Source: Lachnospiraceae bacterium
GTDB taxonomy: Bacteria > Bacteroidota > Bacteroidia > Bacteroidales > Bacteroidaceae
DNA: 64,000 bases
Reading direction: 5' to 3'
NCBI GenBank assembly: GCA_963654295.1
Contig: CAVJZZ010000005.1
Coordinates: 6,890 to 70,889, forward strand
Notes under the pieces: generated by a model
Told to the model about the DNA's origin: nothing
Seen by the model: the letters and a program-made list of their open reading frames with translations, nothing else
Database searches by the model: none
In this document: piece after piece, positions 39,806-48,301 of the stretch
Position numbering within the stretch: the stretch's first letter is position 1
Layout of the letters: each line of letters opens with the position of its first letter
Made by a program: the position numbers and the translations under genes

Positions 39806-40978
39806 TTACTTGAGTTCTGCCTTCTCCAAGATGGCATCAAGGTCGTTAAGAGCATCCTCCAAACCTTCAAGAGCATCAATTGCATCCTTTGCGCTTTGGT
39901 CTGTGTAGTACTTAACGAAAGGCTTCTTCATGGCGTTGATCTTAGCCAATGCGTTCTCCATCTGTGTCATCACGTTTGTGGCAGCTGCCTTTGTCTCATC
40001 CTTGGTAAGGCACACACCGATAAGTGAAGTAGATGTAGGAGTTGTGCCGTCTACAGTGCTACCACCATAAAGGGTGTGCTTGCAAGACATGATGTTGTCA
40101 TAGAAGTCCTGGATAGAGTTCCATGCGTGAGGAGACTCAATGTAGTTGATATCATCACCAGTTGCAGGAGAACCGATCTTAGAGTCGCGTACCTCACCGA
40201 TGATGTCGTTGGCACCTGCGATAATCTCACGAGAAGCAAGAAGAACGGTTGAATAGCTAGAACCTGCATTACCTGCTTTCTTGAAGTTCTCTCCATAGTC
40301 CTTAGACTCGAACTCAACCTCATCAAGGAGAGCCTGCTCGTCTGCAGATACCTTACCACCCCACGCAGAAACGAGTTTCAAAGAGCTAAGGTAGAGATCC
40401 TGTGCAGCACTCTTGGCGAAATAGATCTCGTTAGAAGTCATGTCGTTATACCTGCGTGGCTCACCCTCACGGAAGATCAAATACTCTACTGCGTGGAAAC
40501 CAGTCAAGTTCTGGCCAGTAGCGATAGCATCGTCAATAATTGCAGTTTCTGTTTCGTAACCTTCTTCACCAAGTTTCACATCCTTGTAGAGATTCATATA
40601 CTTGTCGAACTGGGTTCTGTCGAACGGCCAGGTGTCGGTATGGGGGTCGATGGCGAAGTCACCGGCAGGACCGAAGAGGAATGCTTCTGAGAACTCCCAC
40701 CACTTGCGTGAAGACTTCCACGCATCACAAGCCTTTTCTACACCAGCATCGTCTTTCATTTCATTGAGTGCATCTACAAGTGCCTTGTTGTAGTCAGCCA
40801 AGTTGCGGTATGTGGGAACCACGGTTTTGTCAACAAAGTCAGCGTTAACACTCTGCAACACGCTGGAGCTAAACTGCAATCCAGCATCATCGTCGTCATC
40901 ACTGCTGCAACTTGTGAAACCCAATGTCATGGTCAAAGCTGCTGCGAAAAGCATTGAATACTTAAAAACTTTTTTCAT
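39806..40978 (-). CDS. Imelysin-like (peptidase M75/IrpA-like) lipoprotein
   Basis: Lipobox FTSC then SSDDDDD; VVPTY; EAFLFGP; DTWP; GxHxxE motif TGFHAVEY. Confidence 0.9.
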   Translation of the reverse strand: MKKVFKYSMLFAAALTMTLGFTSCSSDDDDDAGLQFSSSVLQSVNADFVDKTVVPTYRNLADYNKALVDALNEMKDDAGVEKACDAWKSSRKWWEFSEAFLFGPAGDFAIDPHTDTWPFDRTQFDKYMNLYKDVKLGEEGYETETAIIDDAIATGQNLTGFHAVEYLIFREGEPRRYNDMTSNEIYFAKSAAQDLYLSSLKLVSAWGGKVSADEQALLDEVEFESKDYGENFKKAGNAGSSYSTVLLASREIIAGANDIIGEVRDSKIGSPATGDDINYIESPHAWNSIQDFYDNIMSCKHTLYGGSTVDGTTPTSTSLIGVCLTKDETKAAATNVMTQMENALAKINAMKKPFVKYYTDQSAKDAIDALEGLEDALNDLDAILEKAELK

Positions 40979-41039
40979 TTTCTTGTTATTTGAGTTTTGT
41001 TTTATTGTTCTTTATTACTGGGACAAAAGCAAGTAATGA

Positions 41040-42458
41040 TTACTTCTTCACCTGCTTCTTCAGTTGGTTCAGCTCTTTGGTAAGCTGGTTGATACGCTCC
41101 AATTGGTATTGGTCCAACTCCTGAGCTTTCTTAAACTTCTTGTTGATCCAACCCGTCGTGTCGAAAAGACCATTGAAGGTGATGCCGAGGTTGAGGCTGG
41201 GTTCATTGTTGTAAGCACTGTCAAGGAAGCGGTGACTATACTCAGCCTTGATGATAATAGGCTTGAGGGGAGAATAGTTGATACCGGCGCCCAAACGCTT
41301 CACATGATCATAGTCATAAGCAACCTTCTTGCTGCCGCTGGCATAGGTGTTGTAGTCTTCATAGCGACCGAAGATGTAGAGTTTCTGCTTATCCTTCAAA
41401 CTTGAAATCTGAGAGAACACATTGTAACCAGCCTCTATACCTACAGCATAGGCATTGCTTGCGATAGGTGAATGTTTCGAAGGAGAACCGTCCTGCTGGG
41501 TATGCTTAGGGAATGCGTTCATAAAGGTGGTCATATCTTCAGCATCAGAAAGATGTGCGTATGTCGCATTACCGCGAACAACCCAATTCCAACGATTCAA
41601 CTCAAAGCCGAAACTTCCAATCGCCAAAGCACCATGAGTGTTGTTATACTTGGCACTTGCCTTGCGCTCGGTGTTCTTGAAGGTGTAACCATAGTATCCG
41701 CTCAAGCTCAAACGCAAGCCGGGAATAGAGTAGTTGTCGACACGAGCCGCACCAGCATAAACGTTACCAATCTTATATTCGTATGGGCTGGTTGCGCCAT
41801 AGTGTACGAAACAGTTGTGACCGAAGCGCTCTGCATCAAGGCCTGATGTGAAGATGGCCTCATAGCGCCAATCGCTTACACGTCCCCAAAGAGAGACACC
41901 CACCTGATGCCATGTGTTGGGAAGAATCTTTGCCTCTCCTTCAGAGCGATATACAGAGAAGAAGTTATTAGGCATATGATAAGCATTGATTTCGCCTACC
42001 GGGATGATAATCTCACCGGCTTTGATATTGAACTTGCCACCGAAGAACTCCTTGTTGAGCCAGAACTGTTCCAGGGCAACCTCGCCACCACGCTCGGTCT
42101 CAGCCTCATATTCACCGCTTTCGTCGGCATCTATCTCTACGGCACTTTCTGTACCACCATGCTCAAATTCTATTTCCATTCCCATGGTCCATCCGTGACC
42201 GAAGTCATAGCCGAGGTTCAAGGTAACGTGTGGCAGGTCGAAACGACCATGACTGCCGTCATTCTTATAAGTTTGGGGATCTCTGTAACGGTTAAAGTGC
42301 TGGCTATAGAAATTACGGCTCATCACAGCCTCTCCATAACCACCAATGGTAAAACGTGGTTTTTCAGCTGTACTGTCTGCACAGCACTGTTGTGCGCTGG
42401 CGGTTGCCACTCCGGCAATCATCGCTGCGGACATCAATCCAATACGTAAAATGTTCAT
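41040..42458 (-). CDS. Outer-membrane beta-barrel (porin-like) protein
   Basis: ATG at 42458 with signal peptide; IGGYGEA, LGYDF, EIEFEHG, LEQFW; alternating beta-strand pattern. Confidence 0.75.
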   Translation of the reverse strand: MNILRIGLMSAAMIAGVATASAQQCCADSTAEKPRFTIGGYGEAVMSRNFYSQHFNRYRDPQTYKNDGSHGRFDLPHVTLNLGYDFGHGWTMGMEIEFEHGGTESAVEIDADESGEYEAETERGGEVALEQFWLNKEFFGGKFNIKAGEIIIPVGEINAYHMPNNFFSVYRSEGEAKILPNTWHQVGVSLWGRVSDWRYEAIFTSGLDAERFGHNCFVHYGATSPYEYKIGNVYAGAARVDNYSIPGLRLSLSGYYGYTFKNTERKASAKYNNTHGALAIGSFGFELNRWNWVVRGNATYAHLSDAEDMTTFMNAFPKHTQQDGSPSKHSPIASNAYAVGIEAGYNVFSQISSLKDKQKLYIFGRYEDYNTYASGSKKVAYDYDHVKRLGAGINYSPLKPIIIKAEYSHRFLDSAYNNEPSLNLGITFNGLFDTTGWINKKFKKAQELDQYQLERINQLTKELNQLKKQVKK

Positions 42459-42564
42459 TTTTATATAATACAAATTTGTGATTATCTCTGTTTTTGACTG
42501 TGGCAGAAGTATGTTATCCGTCGGAAGAAGCAAACATCACCGCAATCTCTCTCAATATCGCATG

Positions 42565-42572
42565 CAAAGGTA
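42565..42572 (-). promoter_or_regulatory. -7 promoter element for the porin-imelysin-DHOR-ccsBA unit
   Basis: TACCTTTG on the minus strand about 105 nt upstream of the ATG. Confidence 0.6.
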
Positions 42573-42674
42573 TTGTGAAATTCCTATAACGGCAATACCT
42601 AAAAAATAGTAAAAATTAAGTAAAAAGGACCTCATGGAACACTACAAAAGGGGATGTAGAAAGGCCATAAACAT

Positions 42675-42716
42675 AAAAAAGCGGGCAATACATACCTAAA
42701 TGTAAGTATTGCCCGC
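42675..42716 (-). terminator. Intrinsic terminator after the sigma factor gene
   Basis: GCGGGCAATAC/GTATTGCCCGC stem followed by a T-run on the minus strand. Confidence 0.8.
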
Positions 42717-42783
42717 GTATCGTGGTCTAAGAATGATTACCTTCTATATATAACGCACGTGCATATATATCATAAGGTGTAAA

Positions 42784-43464
42784 CTATTTCTTGTGCAGCT
42801 TGCGCAATGCCTTGTCGCGGATTTGGCGCACGCGTTCACGCTTCAAGTCCATGCGTTCGCCAATCTCCGCCATAGTGAGGTGGTCGGCATCGATACCATA
42901 ATAATAAGACATCACTTGGCGCGAACGCTCATCAAGCACAGAAAGGCGTTGCTTGATGGCATCGAGGTCGTTTTTCTCCACGAGCGCATCATCGGGATGA
43001 CGTGCTGAGGGGTCTGCCAGCACACTCATTAGGGTGACACCCGACTTCGACCCCAACTGCTCGTCGGTGGAAAGCGGACGGCCTATCTTGCGCTCCAGCA
43101 ACGTGTCGGCATCCTTCGGTATCTTGTAGAGCGAGGTCTGCTGATCGATGGCACGCTCAATAGCTTTGCGGATATAGGGCGTGGCGAAGACTACGAAGCG
43201 CTTCTTTACCTCTGGGTTAAACTTGGCAGCTGCCTTGATCATACCCACATTACCTTCCGCCACGAGGTCATCAATGTCCAGTCCCTTGCCTTGATACTGC
43301 CGAGCCATGGCAACCACAAACTTGAGATTGGCGGTCACCAACTGGTCTTGCGCCCGTCGGCTCCCCTCGTCTATTTGCCTGGCAAGCTTCTGTTCCTCTT
43401 CGGCTGAGAGCAGGGACTGCTGACCGATTTCGTCCAGATATGTATGGAGTGATTTGTTTTCCAT
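42784..43464 (-). CDS. Short RpoD/SigA-like sigma-70 factor (divergent paralog)
   Basis: YLDEIG..LLSAEEE (region 1.2), LVTANLKFVV and DLVAEGNVG (region 2), TMAEIGERMDLKRERVRQIRDKALRKL (region 4.2). Confidence 0.88.
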   Translation of the reverse strand: MENKSLHTYLDEIGQQSLLSAEEEQKLARQIDEGSRRAQDQLVTANLKFVVAMARQYQGKGLDIDDLVAEGNVGMIKAAAKFNPEVKKRFVVFATPYIRKAIERAIDQQTSLYKIPKDADTLLERKIGRPLSTDEQLGSKSGVTLMSVLADPSARHPDDALVEKNDLDAIKQRLSVLDERSRQVMSYYYGIDADHLTMAEIGERMDLKRERVRQIRDKALRKLHKK

Positions 43465-43485
43465 CGTCAATGATTACGTTGATGT

Positions 43486-45132
43486 TTATTTCTGCGGAAC
43501 AGCATATTTGTCGCCCGTCTGCTTCACCAATTCGCGTGCTACTGGTTCAGGGAAACTCAGACGCTTCACGGGTGCACCTATGCCTGTGGCTGTGCGCTCG
43601 AACTTTCCGTCTTTCTCAGGCTTCACTGCCATGTCGTTGTATTTCACGATGAGATAGATGGCGAGTTGTTTCCAACGTGCCAGCATCTGCTGCGCCTCGC
43701 TGTTGCTATAATCGTTGAGGAATTTCACTGCCTGTGCAGGACTCTCGGCATAAAGACGCTGTGCTTCTTTCTCCACTTCGGGCTGGCGAGAGAAATAGTG
43801 CTGTTCGAGCGAGTCGCGAACCTCACGCAGTGAAGGGAACATCATGGAATAACGTGGGTATACCATATTGCTCACCCAGTTACACACCCAATAGGCGTTC
43901 TTGTCTGAGAATGTCACGGCATCCGCACCAGGCGTGTTATAACATTCGGGCTGCACGGTGTTGCCGCAATAGATGGGGGTATAGGCTACCATGTTGCCAT
44001 CATCGTTGCCGAACCACAGCACACCACCAATCTCACGGGGCAACCAAGAACGGAGCTGTGCCACATAAGAGAATCCTGTCTGCTGCGTGCTCGTGGGACG
44101 CTCGTTGAAATACTGCTTGCCATCAACCTTAAAAGTGAGCGGTGTAGGACGATAGGGCATCTGCCAGATACCTTGTCCCATATCCTGGTCGAGGGAGAGT
44201 GCCGTACCTTCATAGTGGTCACGCATGCACGCTTCCACATCCTGCACACTCACCTTGCGTTCGGGCACAATCCACAACGGCATCTGTTCCGCATCAGGAT
44301 CTTTTCCTTCAGCCCACGGCAAATAGCGGTCGAAGCCTTTGTCGAAATGGCGGAAAAAACTCCACACACGGGCTTCACAGAAGCGACGGCCCGAGAAGTC
44401 TGCCTTGGCATAGGTGGCTTGCCAGTCGAAGTCTTTGTCGTTGCCTGAATACCAACCCTTGCTGCGGGCGAACTTCACCACGTCCTTGGAATAAAGCACA
44501 CTATTCTTGTCATACTGCATGAACTTGCGGATGCGGCTCTGGTTGGCGTGGGCACAGATGGCATTGTCTGGGATGCGCACTGCCACCCATACAGCTCCCT
44601 TGCCGCCAGGTCCCTTACCCATCATCTCCATAATCCACGCTTCGTTGGGGTCGCAGATGGTAAAGGTCTCTCCTTCGCTGTTGTATCCATATTTCTCCAC
44701 CAATGACGTCATCACCTTGATGGCTTCACGGGCAGTCTTGGAACGCTGCAGCGCCACATAAATCAGTGATCCATAGTCCATAATACCCGTTGTATCAACC
44801 ATCTCTTCACGACCGCCATAGGTGGTCTCGCCGATAGACACTTGGTATTCGTTGATGTTTCCGATCACATTATAGGTAACGGGAGCTTCAGGAATTTCAC
44901 CATGAACCACCTTTGTGTCCCAGTCTACAATCTTGCGCATCTCACCCTTGGCATGTGTGCCGGCTGCGAAATGACAGAGTCCGATGAACATGCCGTAGTC
45001 GTCGGCATTGTAGCTGCATATCACAGAACCGTCGGCAGAGGCATTCTTGCCCACAATAAAATTGGTGCACGCACCGGCATAAGCCGAGACGGTGAGCAGC
45101 AGAGCTGCCAATATTGTCTTCTTTGTCATCAT
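43486..45132 (-). CDS. C69 family dipeptidase
   Basis: Signal peptide ending AGA then CTNFIVG (Ntn Cys); NEYQVSIGETT; SKTAREAI. Confidence 0.9.
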   Translation of the reverse strand: MMTKKTILAALLLTVSAYAGACTNFIVGKNASADGSVICSYNADDYGMFIGLCHFAAGTHAKGEMRKIVDWDTKVVHGEIPEAPVTYNVIGNINEYQVSIGETTYGGREEMVDTTGIMDYGSLIYVALQRSKTAREAIKVMTSLVEKYGYNSEGETFTICDPNEAWIMEMMGKGPGGKGAVWVAVRIPDNAICAHANQSRIRKFMQYDKNSVLYSKDVVKFARSKGWYSGNDKDFDWQATYAKADFSGRRFCEARVWSFFRHFDKGFDRYLPWAEGKDPDAEQMPLWIVPERKVSVQDVEACMRDHYEGTALSLDQDMGQGIWQMPYRPTPLTFKVDGKQYFNERPTSTQQTGFSYVAQLRSWLPREIGGVLWFGNDDGNMVAYTPIYCGNTVQPECYNTPGADAVTFSDKNAYWVCNWVSNMVYPRYSMMFPSLREVRDSLEQHYFSRQPEVEKEAQRLYAESPAQAVKFLNDYSNSEAQQMLARWKQLAIYLIVKYNDMAVKPEKDGKFERTATGIGAPVKRLSFPEPVARELVKQTGDKYAVPQK

Positions 45133-45980
45133 TCACACGCTTTAAAACTCATGTCCAATCCCTTCACTGAATGGGTCAATGCACCCACCGACACGAAATC
45201 GACACCTGCTTCTGCATAGTCACGGATGGTGTCGAGAGTGATTCCGCCGCTCGATTCAGTTTCATACTTGCCACCAATCATGTCGACCGCCTTCTTCGTA
45301 TCTGCCACCGTGAAGTTGTCGAGCATGATGCGGTTCACGCCACCACAGTCGAGCACGCGCTGCAGTTCTTCGAAATTGCGCACCTCTATTTCTATCTTCA
45401 AGTCCATGCCTTTCTCTTTGAGATACTCATGACAACGATTAATGGCGTTTTCAATGCCGCCGGCAAAGTCGACATGGTTGTCCTTGAGCAGGATCATGTC
45501 GAACAGACCGATGCGGTGGTTCATGCCGCCACCGATCTTCACAGCCTGTTTCTCCAACATACGCATGCCTGGTGTGGTCTTGCGCGTATCAAGCACATGG
45601 GTATGGGTACCCTTAAGGCGGTCAACATACACAGCAGTCATTGTAGCGATACCACTCATACGCTGCATGATATTGAGCATCAACCGCTCGGTCTGCAGGA
45701 GGGAGCGCACTTTACCGGTGACCACCATGGCAATGTCACCTTTCTTCACGCGGGTTCCATCCTGGATGAGCACTTCAACCTGCATGGTGGGGTCGAAGCG
45801 GCTGAACACGCGCTTGGCTACTTCAACACCGGCGAGCACACCGTTTTCCTTGATAAGGAGGTGTGACTTACCCATGGCATCTTCGGGGATACAGCAAAGA
45901 GTTGTATGGTCGCCGTCGCCGATATCCTCAGCGAACGACAAGTCGATCAGTTGATCTTCGAGTTCGTTTACACTTAACAT
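45129..45980 (-). CDS. nadC: Quinolinate phosphoribosyltransferase
   Basis: DTRKTTPG, HRIGL, KDNH, IMLDN, VGALTHS. Confidence 0.97.
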   Translation of the reverse strand: MLSVNELEDQLIDLSFAEDIGDGDHTTLCCIPEDAMGKSHLLIKENGVLAGVEVAKRVFSRFDPTMQVEVLIQDGTRVKKGDIAMVVTGKVRSLLQTERLMLNIMQRMSGIATMTAVYVDRLKGTHTHVLDTRKTTPGMRMLEKQAVKIGGGMNHRIGLFDMILLKDNHVDFAGGIENAINRCHEYLKEKGMDLKIEIEVRNFEELQRVLDCGGVNRIMLDNFTVADTKKAVDMIGGKYETESSGGITLDTIRDYAEAGVDFVSVGALTHSVKGLDMSFKACE

Positions 45981-45985
45981 ATTTC

Positions 45986-46210
45986 TTATATTTGTTTTAT
46001 TAGTTTTCCTTCTTGCCAGGCTTGTAGCGTGCCGTCTTCATTGCGTTGCAGCGTGATGGTGCCACCCAGCCATTCGGTGAGGGGCAGTTCATCAGTGAAC
46101 GTGTAGTAGTTCACCACCCTGCTACCCATGATTTCCACCACGCACTGCTTGAGTGTGCCGCTTTCGGTCTCCACAAAGTGTGCTCCCACACGTCGCATGT
46201 CTTCCATCAT
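45986..46210 (-). CDS. Small hypothetical protein
   Basis: TAATG overlap with the upstream gene and ends 5 nt before nadC; fills the operon gap exactly. Confidence 0.7.
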   Translation of the reverse strand: MMEDMRRVGAHFVETESGTLKQCVVEIMGSRVVNYYTFTDELPLTEWLGGTITLQRNEDGTLQAWQEGKLIKQI

Positions 46211-47154
46211 TACGGACGTTTGGGTGAGGGAAGTTGCTTGGGAGGAATCGGCATCCTGCCCCTACGGGGAGGCAACACGCCTTCCGACTGTATTGGAACA
46301 GCGGAACGACGGATGCTGTCTGCGGCAACTGCAGGCGATGTAAGGGTGTCGGCAGTGGCAGTCTCTTCCACTGGCTTGATATTTTGGTGAACACGAATCA
46401 GGCTGATTTGCGTGATGAACATCAACCTCAAAGTGGTGGCTGAGGTGCTCTCCATGCTCTTCGTGAGCACAAAGTATCCCTTGACCGACTTGATGCCCAA
46501 GCCCTTTGAGTTATCTATCCGCAGACTTTGCTTGCCGTCGGACATTACGTGGACGACACTTGTCGCCACGCTGTCGTTGTCAAATGTTACAGCCACATAG
46601 GCGAGACCATCGCGCATTCCATCTTGATAGATGAACTGCGTCTTGAAGTTAAGGATGAAGCGGTCGCCCTTGTGAAACGACGAATCAGCCTCAACGCTAA
46701 ACGAATAGTGGTTGAACGGGGCATCGGGCGAAAGCACCAATGAACGCTCACCTCTCCACACGTTGGCAGTGTCGCCTGTGGCAGTGAGGTCGCCCAAAGT
46801 GTTGGCATCATCGACAGACGCGCCCAACGACTGCGCCTCTGCTGTGAGACGCTTCGCCAAATTCTCATAGATTCCCTTCAGGCGTTCCGTGTGGCGCTGG
46901 TAGTAGACCATAGAAGAATCAAACTCCGCCTCGGAGACGCCATGCTTCCGCAATGCAGCTTCCCGGTAGGCTATCTGATACATCTCTTCTGATATACCTT
47001 TCTCTCCAGCCTGTTGCCGTGCCATTGCCTGCGCCAGGTGATAGTCGAAGAGAATGTCTTCCATATCACGGGGCTGGATATAGTCATCCGGCACCTGCGG
47101 TTTGCAGGCGAATATCGTAGAGATCAGCAGGAATAAGGGCAATAGTTTTTTCAT
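46210..47154 (-). CDS. DUF4296-like lipoprotein
   Basis: Lipobox IFAC; MEDILFDYHLA; FDSSMVYY; follows lspA. Confidence 0.85.
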   Translation of the reverse strand: MKKLLPLFLLISTIFACKPQVPDDYIQPRDMEDILFDYHLAQAMARQQAGEKGISEEMYQIAYREAALRKHGVSEAEFDSSMVYYQRHTERLKGIYENLAKRLTAEAQSLGASVDDANTLGDLTATGDTANVWRGERSLVLSPDAPFNHYSFSVEADSSFHKGDRFILNFKTQFIYQDGMRDGLAYVAVTFDNDSVATSVVHVMSDGKQSLRIDNSKGLGIKSVKGYFVLTKSMESTSATTLRLMFITQISLIRVHQNIKPVEETATADTLTSPAVAADSIRRSAVPIQSEGVLPPRRGRMPIPPKQLPSPKRP

Positions 47155-47834
47155 TTTGCCTCCTCTTGTCCGGCGTTATCATTGCGTTTCTCCTGGTCTT
47201 TACCTTTCAGAGAGAACGACAGTTGTGACAATTCATTGCGATAGAATAGCAGCAGTGCCACCACCCCGACGCTGATACATGCATCGGCGAAGTTGAAAAT
47301 GGGACTGAAAAAAATGAATGGCTGTCCTGCCTTGAACGGTACCCAGGCAGGATAGGTGGTGCGGATGATGGGGAAATAAAACATGTCGACCACTTTTCCC
47401 ATCAAGAAGGATGCATATCCGTTGCCGAACCCTACATAGGAGGAAACGGAATAGAACGAGGATTCGGAAAAGCAAAGACCGTAGAACATGCTGTCGAAGA
47501 TGTTGCCTGCCGCACCCGCCAGGACCATCGACAGGCAGACGATGTATCCCCATGATGCCTTTTGCTGCGCCATGCGATGGATATAGACTCCGATAAAACA
47601 CACAGCAACAATACGCAACAGACTCAACACGAGTTTGTTGATAAACGTGATGCCGTATGCCATGCCGTTGTTCTCGACAAAGCTGATGTAGAACCAGTCG
47701 GCAATGCGGATATCCTCACCGATGGCCATGTGGGTCTTGACCCATATCTTTATAAATTGGTCGACAAGCAAGATGACCGCCACAATGAGACAGGACATCA
47801 TGCTTCTCGACACATTAAGTTTCTTTACGTTCAT
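47151..47834 (-). CDS. lspA: Lipoprotein signal peptidase
   Basis: DQFIK, ENNGMAYG, GAAGNIFD, VVDMF, FNFADACI. Confidence 0.95.
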   Translation of the reverse strand: MNVKKLNVSRSMMSCLIVAVILLVDQFIKIWVKTHMAIGEDIRIADWFYISFVENNGMAYGITFINKLVLSLLRIVAVCFIGVYIHRMAQQKASWGYIVCLSMVLAGAAGNIFDSMFYGLCFSESSFYSVSSYVGFGNGYASFLMGKVVDMFYFPIIRTTYPAWVPFKAGQPFIFFSPIFNFADACISVGVVALLLFYRNELSQLSFSLKGKDQEKRNDNAGQEEAK

Positions 47835-48211
47835 CTTTTTCTTGACTGCTTTGACGCCACACTCAACGTTGCGTGAGGCACGATGCGAAGCCTTTCCTTC
47901 GGGATAAGCTCACCGGTCATCCTGTCGATGCCGTACGTCTTGTTGGCAATTCTGACCAAAGCGGCTTCCAAACCCTGGATGAATTTCTGCTGGCGACCTG
48001 CCAACTGTATCAGTTCTTCCTTTGACTGAGTGGCACTGCCCTCCTCCAGCACCTTATAGGTGGGTGATGTGTCGTCGGTGTCGTTGCCGTCGGCATTCAT
48101 CAACTGGCGCATCATCGCATCGTAATCACGACGGGCAAGGCGCAACTTCTCGTTTATAATGTCGCGGAACTCTTCAAGCTCTGCATCACTGTAACGTGTT
48201 TTCTCGCTCAT
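47831..48211 (-). CDS. DksA/TraR family protein
   Basis: ALVRI..KTYG...TGELIPKERLRIVPHATL; sits between ileS and lspA. Confidence 0.88.
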   Translation of the reverse strand: MSEKTRYSDAELEEFRDIINEKLRLARRDYDAMMRQLMNADGNDTDDTSPTYKVLEEGSATQSKEELIQLAGRQQKFIQGLEAALVRIANKTYGIDRMTGELIPKERLRIVPHATLSVASKQSRKR

Positions 48212-48301
48212 AATCAGATTGTTTTAGTTTATATAGTTAGTAATATATCGTTCCGGCACGCACCGTCATGTTGCGGATACGTGCCGGAACTGAGTGACTG
48301 G

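Noticed and set aside
42459..42560. Riboswitch in the ~100-nt leader of the barrel gene
   Set aside because: Only weak pairings and no recognisable cobalamin, TPP, FMN, fluoride or yybP consensus. An Rfam scan would settle it.
33666..42700. Metal/redox unit as a tRNA-integrated island
   Set aside because: There is no integrase, and I found no second copy of the tRNA 3' end. I could not compute composition.
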